From a candidate division FCPU426 bacterium (lineage in GTDB: Bacteria; Oederibacteriota; Muellerivitia; Muellerivitales; Muellerivitaceae): DNA of 13,811 nt. Shown piece by piece: positions 7,480 to 13,811 of the stretch. The position numbers and the translations under genes are program-made. The stretch is from NCBI GenBank assembly GCA_963830915.1, contig CAWHOE010000067.1, positions 1 through 13,811 of the forward strand, in the 5' to 3' direction. The notes under the pieces are model-generated. The model was not told the DNA's origin. It saw only the letters and a list, made by a program, of their open reading frames with translations, and ran no database searches. The number at the start of each line of letters is the position of its first letter. Within the stretch, counting starts at the first letter, position 1.

Positions 7480-9054
7480 ATGAAAACACAAACCAACCAC
7501 AAAGAACGGGTCTATATCTTCGATACCACCCTGAGGGATGGGGAACAGGCGCCGGGCGCCAGCCTCAATACCGACGAGAAAATGAAGATCGCCATCCAGC
7601 TGGAAAAGATGGGCGTGGACATCATCGAGGCGGGTTTTCCCGCGGCGTCCCCGGGCGATTTCGAGGCGGTCCAAAAGATCGCCAAGACCCTGAAAAAATG
7701 CGTCGTAGCGGGCCTGGCCCGGGCGGTCAAGAAGGATATCGAGGCTTGCGCCAAGGCCATCAAACCGGCCAAACAGGGTCGCATCCATACCTTCATCTCC
7801 TCCTCCGACATCCACCTGAAATACCAGTTCCGAAAGACCAGGGAGGAAGCTCTCCAGGCCGCCATCGATTCGGTCAAACTGGCCCGTCGGTATTGCGAGG
7901 ATGTGGAATTCTCCGCCATGGACGCCACCCGGTCGGACCTGGATTATCTCTGCAAAATGATCGAGATGGCCATCAAGCACGGGGCCCGAACCGTGAACAT
8001 CCCGGACACGGTGGGTTATGCCGTGCCGGACGAGTTCGGCAAGACCATCGCTTATCTACGCGATCGGGTGCCCAATATCGGGAAAGCGGTCATCTCGGTG
8101 CATTGCCATAACGACCTGGGTCTTTCCGTCTCCAATTCCATCGCCGCCATCCAGAACGGCGCCCGGCAGGTGGAATGCACGGTCAACGGCATCGGCGAGA
8201 GGGCGGGGAACGCCAGCATGGAGGAGATCGTGATGATCCTCAAGACCCGGCCAGACAAGTTCCCCTTCTTCACCCATATCGACACCACCCAGATCTACAA
8301 GCTCAGCCGTCTGGTATCCACCCTGACCGGGTTCATGATCCAGCCTAACAAGGCCATCGTGGGCAACAATGCTTTCGCTCACGAGAGCGGTATCCATCAG
8401 GACGGCATGTTGAAGTACCGCCAGACCTACGAGATCATGACGCCCCAATCCATCGGGGTCCCCTCCAGCCGTCTGGTCATGGGCAAGCACTCGGGCCGCC
8501 ACGCGTTCAAGAAACGCCTGGAGGACCTGGGGTATCCCCTTTCAGAGGACTCGATCGTGACCCTTTTCGCCAAGTTCAAGGAACTGGCGGACAAGAAAAA
8601 GGATGTCTATGACGAGGATATCGAGGCCCTGGTCGAGGAAAAGATGGTGGATTCCAACGAAGTCTATCAATTGACCTATCTTCACACCTCGGCGGGCAGT
8701 TCCACCCTTCCAACGGCCACTTTGAAGCTGAAAAAGGGCGAGGTCGAGGTCCAGGAAGCGGCGACCGGCGACGGTCCGGTGGACGCGGTGTTCAACGCCA
8801 TCGACCGGATCACCCAATTCAAGGGCAAACTGGAGAACTATACCTTGAAAGCCTTGACCCAGGGCCGGGACGCCCAGGGCGAGGTGACCGTGAGCCTGGT
8901 GTTCAATGGGGACGAGGCCCATGGCCGAGGAGTCTCCACCGACGTCATTGAGGCTTCCGCCAAGGCTTATCTGAACGGCGTGAACAAACTCTTGCTGATG
9001 AAACACCATAAGAAGAGCGCCAAGGCCGCCTTCGCCGCGATGAAGGGGATCTAA
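7480..9054 (+). CDS. leuA: 2-isopropylmalate synthase with C-terminal regulatory domain
   Basis: IFDTTLRDGEQAPG, IIEAGFP, NIPDTVG, HCHNDLGL, GIGERAGN, FAHESGIHQDG, GKHSGRHA and GDGPVDA. RBS AAGGAG. Confidence 0.96.
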   Translation: MKTQTNHKERVYIFDTTLRDGEQAPGASLNTDEKMKIAIQLEKMGVDIIEAGFPAASPGDFEAVQKIAKTLKKCVVAGLARAVKKDIEACAKAIKPAKQGRIHTFISSSDIHLKYQFRKTREEALQAAIDSVKLARRYCEDVEFSAMDATRSDLDYLCKMIEMAIKHGARTVNIPDTVGYAVPDEFGKTIAYLRDRVPNIGKAVISVHCHNDLGLSVSNSIAAIQNGARQVECTVNGIGERAGNASMEEIVMILKTRPDKFPFFTHIDTTQIYKLSRLVSTLTGFMIQPNKAIVGNNAFAHESGIHQDGMLKYRQTYEIMTPQSIGVPSSRLVMGKHSGRHAFKKRLEDLGYPLSEDSIVTLFAKFKELADKKKDVYDEDIEALVEEKMVDSNEVYQLTYLHTSAGSSTLPTATLKLKKGEVEVQEAATGDGPVDAVFNAIDRITQFKGKLENYTLKALTQGRDAQGEVTVSLVFNGDEAHGRGVSTDVIEASAKAYLNGVNKLLLMKHHKKSAKAAFAAMKGI

Positions 9055-9185
9055 CGACAGTCGACATTCTACGGCTGACAGTTGGCAGCCATCAGCTTGC
9101 GGTCGATAGTGTTTAGTGGACCATTCAAGGGGTTTTGACTTTCCTGTCACTGTAAGGCTGTCGACTGCCGACTGCGGACTGTCAC
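9054..9185. repeat. Inverted pair of degenerate 7-bp tandem-repeat arms (palindromic intergenic element)
   Basis: Left arm 9054-9109: acgacag tcgacat tctacgg ctgacag ttggcag ccatcag cttgcgg tcgatag. Right arm 9144-9185: ctgtca ctgtaagg ctgtcga ctgccga ctgcgga ctgtcac, which matches the reverse complement of the tcgacag-like unit. CAGTCGACA (9058-9066) pairs perfectly with TGTCGACTG (9159-9167). Confidence 0.8.
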
Positions 9186-9210
9186 CTTTGATTTTAACCA
9201 GGAGCTTGAA

Positions 9211-10281
9211 ATGAACTTTCATATCGTTGTTCTCGCGGGGGATGGTATCGGTCCGGAGATCTGCCAAGAATCCATCAAGGTCCTTGACCGGGTGGGACAG
9301 GTCTATGGGCATAATTTCGAGTACGAACCCCAGGACGCGGGCGGTATCGCCATCGACAAGTTCGATTCCCCCCTGCCCGAGCACACCTTGAAAGCCTGCC
9401 AGGCCGCCAACGCGGTGCTCAAGGCTCCCATGGGCGGTCCCAAATGGGACAAGTTGGAGAACAAGAAGCGCCCCGAGGCCGGAATCCTGGGCCTGCGCAA
9501 GGGCCTGGACCTTTACGCCAACCTGCGCCCCATCAAGCTCTTCAACGCCTTGAAGGACGCTTCCACCCTGAAGACCGAAGTCATCGAGGGAGTCGATATG
9601 TTGATCGTCCGGGAGCTGATCTCGGGCATCTATTTTGGGGAACCCCGCGGCATCCACGGGGAAGGGAAGGACCGTTACGGGGTGAACACCGAGATCTACC
9701 GCACCCCCGAGGTGGAACGCATCGTGACCTTGGCATTCGAGCTGGCCCGATTGCGGCGCAAAAAGGTCACCAGCGTTGACAAGTTCAACGTCCTTGAATC
9801 CTCCCGCCTGTGGCATGACGTGGCGGAGGAAACGGCCAAGAAATTCCCGGATGTGGCTTTCGAGCACCAGATCGTGGACAACGCGGCGATGCAGCTTATC
9901 CGCGCCCCCAAACAATTCGACGTCATGGTGACCACCAACATGTTCGGGGACATCCTTTCCGACGAGGCCTCCATGCTGACGGGCTCTCTGGGCATGCTGG
10001 CTTCCGCGTCCCTGGGGGGTAAAGTGGCCCTCTATGAGCCTTCCCACGGTTCGGCTCCGGATATCGCCGGAACGGGCAAGGCCAACCCCATGTCCATGAT
10101 CCTTTCCGTGGCCATGATGCTCAAATACAGCTTCCATCTTCAGAAGGAATCGGACGCTGTGGAAACGGCCGTGGAAAAGGCCTTGAACGATGGGTTCCGA
10201 TCCGCTGATATCGCCAAAAAAGGCGAAAAGACCGTATCCTGTAACGAAATGGGTGACGCCGTCGTCCAAAGGATAGGATGA
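9211..10281 (+). CDS. leuB: 3-isopropylmalate dehydrogenase
   Basis: GDGIGPEI, GGPKWD, RPEAGILGLRKGLDLYANLRP, VRELISGIYFG, VDNAAMQL, NMFGDILSDEAS and EPSHGSAPDIAG. RBS AGGAG. Confidence 0.96.
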   Translation: MNFHIVVLAGDGIGPEICQESIKVLDRVGQVYGHNFEYEPQDAGGIAIDKFDSPLPEHTLKACQAANAVLKAPMGGPKWDKLENKKRPEAGILGLRKGLDLYANLRPIKLFNALKDASTLKTEVIEGVDMLIVRELISGIYFGEPRGIHGEGKDRYGVNTEIYRTPEVERIVTLAFELARLRRKKVTSVDKFNVLESSRLWHDVAEETAKKFPDVAFEHQIVDNAAMQLIRAPKQFDVMVTTNMFGDILSDEASMLTGSLGMLASASLGGKVALYEPSHGSAPDIAGTGKANPMSMILSVAMMLKYSFHLQKESDAVETAVEKALNDGFRSADIAKKGEKTVSCNEMGDAVVQRIG

Positions 10282-10937
10282 TAACGAAAGGATCGGAGAC
10301 ACAAGTGTCCGCATGTCCCGGAAATCAAAAGTTCTGTGTTAAAACCCTTTGGACTACGATCCTATTCGCCTTGTTTTGTTTTTCCTATTCAAACGCTGTT
10401 AGGGCTGACCAAGCCGCCGCTGGATTCTTACCGGTTCGGTCCCAGACCCCACAGGCCGGGAATCTTTCTCCCACGCAAACTCCCACTGTCACGATGACGC
10501 CCATTCCCACTGGGACACCCACATGGACCTCGACATCAACCAATACTTTCTCACCAACCCAGACCCCGACCGGCACCCTTTCCCCCTCCTTGACACCCAC
10601 GATAACCCATAGTTCCACCAGTACGAGTACCCAGACCTACACGCCGACCCAGACGCCCACGGGCACCTTGAGCCCCTCTTTGACATTCACTCCGACCGGG
10701 ACCCCGACATCGACCTCTACTCGAACGTCCACCTCCACCCCGACCAGTTCTCCCACCCCCACCGCCACCCCCGGGGTTTTCCAGTTTTCCGTATCGCCCA
10801 AACCTGACGACAGCGGATTGATCAAATTTACCTGGGGAGCCAATATCAAGTGCGACAGCGTTTATTTGAAGATCTACTCCAGCGGATTCCGGCTCGTCAG
10901 GAGCTTTGAGTTCAATAAAGAAGGCCAAAGGCTATGA
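10278..10937 (+). CDS. Secreted Thr/Pro/Ser-rich repeat protein with a C-terminal Ig-like (FlgD-Ig/CTD-like) domain, apparently truncated at ~10915
   Basis: ATGA overlap with leuB. Signal-peptide-like segment KTLWTTILFALFCFSYSNAVRA|DQ, then a ~100-aa T-x-T-P tract, then beta-strand-patterned GVFQFSVSPKP...IKFTW...VYLKIYSSGFRLVRSFEF. The ORF ends within ~20 nt of the GC-to-AT switch. Confidence 0.75.
   Translation: MITKGSETQVSACPGNQKFCVKTLWTTILFALFCFSYSNAVRADQAAAGFLPVRSQTPQAGNLSPTQTPTVTMTPIPTGTPTWTSTSTNTFSPTQTPTGTLSPSLTPTITHSSTSTSTQTYTPTQTPTGTLSPSLTFTPTGTPTSTSTRTSTSTPTSSPTPTATPGVFQFSVSPKPDDSGLIKFTWGANIKCDSVYLKIYSSGFRLVRSFEFNKEGQRL
10527..10772 (+). repeat. 90-bp (30-aa) coding tandem repeat, about 2.7 copies
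   Basis: Units start at 10527, 10617 and 10707: TSTSTNTFSPTQTPTGTLSPSLTPTITHSS / TSTSTQTYTPTQTPTGTLSPSLTFTPTGTP / TSTSTRTSTSTPTSSPTPTATP. Confidence 0.85.
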
Positions 10938-11591
10938 AATATGCTTGCTGTGTTGGAGTAACAACAAAATCACTTTGCCAATTTGCTTCAAAATTTGGCA
11001 CAAAGATTACGGCAAAACACAGGTAGATGTTGCCATTGACTTAATTAAATATGCAAGAGAAATTTCAAAAGATAAAAATCAAGGTTTTCGATAGATGATT
11101 TTTTAACGCTAAAAAAGTGCTTGGTTATTTGCACCAAAATCATATATTTTTCTGTACGAGGATTGGCAGAGGCAGAAAATTTTTCGTGAATGGTAAAAAA
11201 GGCTATGTAAAGTCGACCATATTTGGAAAGAAAATGCATAAAAGGATGGCTTCCTGGGATAGGAAAAGTATGGATAACTAAGTATAAGGGCAAATACTAT
11301 TGTGCAAACAGACGTCCAGAGTATCAAAAACAACTGTATGAATGGTATGCTGAACGTTGGAAGATAGAATGCGTCTTTCGTTTTGTAAAATCTGAGCTTA
11401 AATTAGAGGATTGTCAGTCCTTTGAGGCAGTTCAGCACTACAACCACATAGGATTTTGCTTTCTTACCTATGCGTTGCTAACTGCGGCTTTTCCTGATCT
11501 TAATGCTTATGATGCAAAGAAGCTACTTCGATCTAAGCTGCTTAAAAAATCTGTATCCCTTAAGCCACAAGCTAAGAAACTGTGTGCCTAA
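10913..11591 (+). pseudogene. IS701/IS4-like DDE transposase remnant (5'-truncated, two frameshifts, one in-frame stop)
   Basis: Frame 1 reads KKAKGYEICLLCWSNNKITLPICFKIWHK. Frame 2 reads IKIKVFDR*FFNAKKVLGYLHQNHIFFCTRIGRGRK, with TGA 11096-11098 where a D-x-W motif is expected. Frame 3 reads YEWYAERWKIECVFRFVKSELKLEDCQ...HIGFCFLTY (Y-(2)-R-W-x-I-E-(6)-K signature). Confidence 0.8.
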
Positions 11592-11597
11592 TTACTG
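11583..11597 (+). mobile_element. Probable right end (TIR) of the IS701-like element
   Basis: ...TGTGCCTAATTACTG contains the transposase stop and resembles, from memory, IS701-type ends (...TGCGTAAnTnCTR). The opposite-strand transposase ORF terminates exactly here. No partner left end is present in the window. Confidence 0.5.
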
Positions 11598-11996
11598 TTT
11601 TAGCAGCCTTTCAACTTCTTCTTCTATGATTTTTACTCCTTCTTCCCCTATTTGTTTCCTGAAATAGCTCAGCGATGAATCGTCGATAACTCCTTTTGTT
11701 GCATCTTCAGGAGAAATATCGCATAAATATTGGAGATACAGATTTTCTCTTAATTGTTCGGTTACTGCAATATCACTCCACTTTCTGAGATGTTTTGCTA
11801 TTAACAGACCTACCTTTAATCTTGTAGAAATTGTACTCCTGCCATTATTTGAGCAATAGAACTTTTTTAATTCTCCGAGTACTTTATCCCAGTTGAAATT
11901 ATCCGCTATTTTTACAAAAAGATGTGCTTTATCCATTTCAACTTTCATCCAGAAAGCATCTTGAAAATTTCTCTGCAATCTTTCTCCGTTATACAT
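11592..11996 (-). pseudogene. IS5/IS1182-type transposase N-terminal fragment (DUF772/InsH_N-like), truncated
   Basis: HLFVKIADNFNWDKV...FYCSNNGRSTISTRLKVGLLIAKHLRKWSD...ENLYLQYLC...DDSSLSYFRKQIGEEG. It is only 134 aa with no DDE core. RBS GGGAGGAG upstream. Confidence 0.85.
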
Positions 11997-12026
11997 CTAC
12001 TGAAATTCTCCTCCCGAAACTCAATA

Positions 12027-12072
12027 AAAATGCAAGGTTTCTAGGATAATTATCCCAAAAACCTTGCATTTT
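12027..12072. repeat. Inverted repeat in the transposase 5' leader
   Basis: AAAATGCAAGGTTT (12027-12040) / AAACCTTGCATTTT (12059-12072) is a perfect 14-bp IR, with inner GGAT-aatt-ATCC. Confidence 0.85.
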
Positions 12073-12099
12073 GTATATGTTTTTTAACTGAATTTTAAC

Positions 12100-12709
12100 C
12101 TATTTCTGGCTTTTGACCTTATCTTTTTCAGCAGAAACTAGGTTAGAGTAAGTAGTATATTGATTAGGATCAATCTCAATAACTTTAAGTAATGAGTCTA
12201 TAGCTTCATCTTGTTTCCCAGCATATGAGTAGACTATTCCAAGATTTTCATTTGCAACTAAATCATTAGGATCAATCATTAGGGCTTTTTTATAATTTTC
12301 TATAGCTAAATTATAATTACGCTTATTTTGAAATGCTTCTCCTAAAGAAATAAAAGTATTGGCTTGAGAAGGATCTAGGCTTGCAGCTTTTTGGAGATTT
12401 TCTATTGCTAAATCTGTTTTTCCCAGTCTAACATATATATCACCTAAAAAATAGTGTGCTATTGCTGTATTTGGACTGATTTCTACAGCTTTCTTTAGGG
12501 GTTCTAAAGCTTGTACAAAATGACCTTTATCATGATAATACGATGCTTGCTTTAGACATGCAAAGATAATCACCATAATCAGCTCCAGTTGGAATTTGCT
12601 CTTTTTCAGTTACATTCTGGTTAAAGCTGCTCATTTGAGAATAACTGGGGTAATTGCTAACTATTGAGCATAATAATATGGAAATTAAAAGTATTATATT
12701 TTTTCGCAT
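12100..12709 (-). pseudogene. Exported TPR-repeat protein split by a frameshift near 12535-12575
   Basis: ATG at 12709 with RBS AAGGAG opens MRKNIILLISILLCSIVSNYPSYSQ... (signal-peptide-like, 59 aa, stop 12530-12532). This overlaps, in another frame, the ORF 12100..12576, which has ~4 TPRs (AHYFLGDIYVRLGKTDLAIENLQKAASLDP, ANENLGIVYSYAGKQDEAIDSLLKVIEIDP) and no evident RBS. Confidence 0.75.
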
Positions 12710-12735
12710 AGTAAAACTCCTTAACTAAAACTAAT

Positions 12736-12918
12736 TTACTCCATAGAATCATTTTCCCTCTGCAATTCTTCGTCTTCTTTTTCTTCCTTATCGTTTAAAT
12801 AGTCTTGAAATGTCATAACCTGACAGCCTGGCTTGTAAATGCCAATTTTTATGTCTTCTGGTGAACACAGGTTGCCTTCTTTAATTTGTTCACTATAATC
12901 TTGCCTGTCTAACTCCAT
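12736..12918 (-). CDS. Acidic 60-aa ORF, probably the C-terminal piece of the upstream membrane gene
   Basis: In frame with 12928..13416 and separated only by TAA TCT CAA ATT. No RBS at normal spacing. Confidence 0.45.
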   Translation of the reverse strand: MELDRQDYSEQIKEGNLCSPEDIKIGIYKPGCQVMTFQDYLNDKEEKEDEELQRENDSME

Positions 12919-12927
12919 AATTTGAGA

Positions 12928-13416
12928 TTAAGATAAAAATAAACGTCCTCCACTTTTCAGATATGCCAAGAATAGCAAAATTAATCCTAAAATGAATATT
13001 CCAGCAAAATTATCTTTTATTGAGATTAACCAATTAAAGGGAAATAGTTCATGTTTTTCGGGGTTATCGATGTTTTTATAATTAAAAAATAAAAATAAAA
13101 AAATAGCTTCTAAATCTATATAAGACCAAATATTTCTTGATAAATGTACTCCAATAAACGGATTGAATAAAACAAGGACAATCAAAAAATTTAAAATTAT
13201 AAGAATATTCTTATTTCTTCTATGTTCAAACCAAAGACAATATGCTGAGAAAAAGAATATTACTGTTTTTAGGCAAGTATAATAAACGTATGGCATTTTA
13301 AAATATGCAAGAATTAGCATTATAACTGGCATAAACAGTACTTTATAATTAATTATTCTAACATTTGCATTATTTTTGTTTTTAAATTTGACTATAACCT
13401 TAAAGCAAAAGTTCAT
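12928..13416 (-). CDS. DUF6804-like membrane protein segment
   Basis: MPYVYYTCLKTVIF...LFNPFIGVHLSRNIWSYIDL matches the MPYxYY...LFNP...L.R..W..ID pattern I recall for DUF6804. Several TM segments are present. The start is uncertain and probably continues from upstream via a frameshift. Confidence 0.65.
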   Translation of the reverse strand: MNFCFKVIVKFKNKNNANVRIINYKVLFMPVIMLILAYFKMPYVYYTCLKTVIFFFSAYCLWFEHRRNKNILIILNFLIVLVLFNPFIGVHLSRNIWSYIDLEAIFLFLFFNYKNIDNPEKHELFPFNWLISIKDNFAGIFILGLILLFLAYLKSGGRLFLS

Positions 13417-13720
13417 TACAGATCCAGCATGTGGGTCTAATTATTCCTATAATAACAATAGGAATCAAAAAGCTTGCAAATCCAGACTTCCATTTGATTA
13501 ATGAGTAAAATAGCCAAATTGTACCCACTATTAGAATTAGAGGAACTAATATTTTAATTATTAAATTAAATCTTTTAAAACTTTCAGAATCAGAAGTGTT
13601 GTGTGAGTTTTCTGTATGGTTTTCTCCATTTACTTGATAACCACACTTTGAGCATGGCTTGTCAGGGTAAAGCTTTGGATTGCCACATTTTAAACAATAA
13701 TTATCGTTAATGCTATCTAT
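13400..13720 (-). pseudogene. Zinc-ribbon + 2-TM reading frame lacking a canonical start (ATA at 13720)
   Basis: 106 open codons: IDSINDNYCLKCGNPKLYPDKPCSKCGYQV...FNLIIKILVPLILIVGTIWLFYSLIKWKSGFASFLIPIVIIGIIRP... (CxxC-10-CxxC). SD-like AGGTGG lies 7 nt before the ATA. Absent from the ORF track. Confidence 0.7.
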
Positions 13721-13811
13721 TTACTATCCACCTGATATTTTATTAACCCAAGTTGCTACCTATGAAGCAATGATAGAAAAACTGTAGCATAATATGAATC
13801 CAACAAGTTTT

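Noticed and set aside
9054..9185. CRISPR array or intrinsic terminator interpretation of the leuA-leuB repeats
   Set aside because: Units are 7 bp and contiguous with no unique spacers, and no cas genes are present. The stem is long and imperfect and lacks a clean adjacent U-tract.
8542..10314. 590-aa minus-strand ORF, plus other antisense ORFs over ilvB, ilvN, ilvC, pssA and leuA
   Set aside because: These are shadow frames of high-GC, strongly codon-biased genes with no recognisable motifs. The + strand genes are unambiguous.
10464..10772. Ice-nucleation or antifreeze protein because of the TxT pattern
   Set aside because: The high Pro content and lack of InaZ-type AGYGSTxTA 16-mers argue for a stalk or glycosylated region.
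11096..13811. Stop-codon reassignment (genetic code 4, 25 or 15) in the AT-rich segment
   Set aside because: The in-frame stops are of all three types (TGA, TAA, TAG) and co-occur with frameshifts. TGG is used for Trp. Decay or sequence error is more parsimonious.

Overview
The window has two compositionally distinct parts. Positions 1 to ~10.9 kb are moderately to strongly GC-rich and all on the + strand. They hold a 5'-partial multi-pass membrane protein with a C-terminal TPR (GT-C/ArnT/PMT-like), a zinc-ribbon membrane protein, and a branched-chain amino-acid operon ilvB-ilvN-ilvC-psd-pssA-leuA-leuB. The operon is followed by a secreted Thr/Pro/Ser-repeat protein. Upstream of the operon are a sigma70-type promoter (TTGACA-17-TATATT), a 26-aa Leu/Val-rich leader peptide missed by the ORF track, and an overlapping antiterminator/terminator, which together form a complete ribosome-mediated attenuator. 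Between leuA and leuB, where leuCD often lie, sits a ~130-bp element built from two inverted arms of degenerate 7-bp repeats. At ~10.91 kb the sequence switches abruptly to AT-rich DNA, cutting both the Thr-rich gene and an IS701-like transposase. The remainder is a decayed segment: an IS701-like remnant apparently nested into an IS5/IS1182-like transposase, a frameshifted exported TPR gene, and a probably single, broken zinc-ribbon/DUF6804-like membrane gene. This junction may be a real rearrangement or an assembly chimera. All family assignments come from motif recognition by eye; no searches were run.
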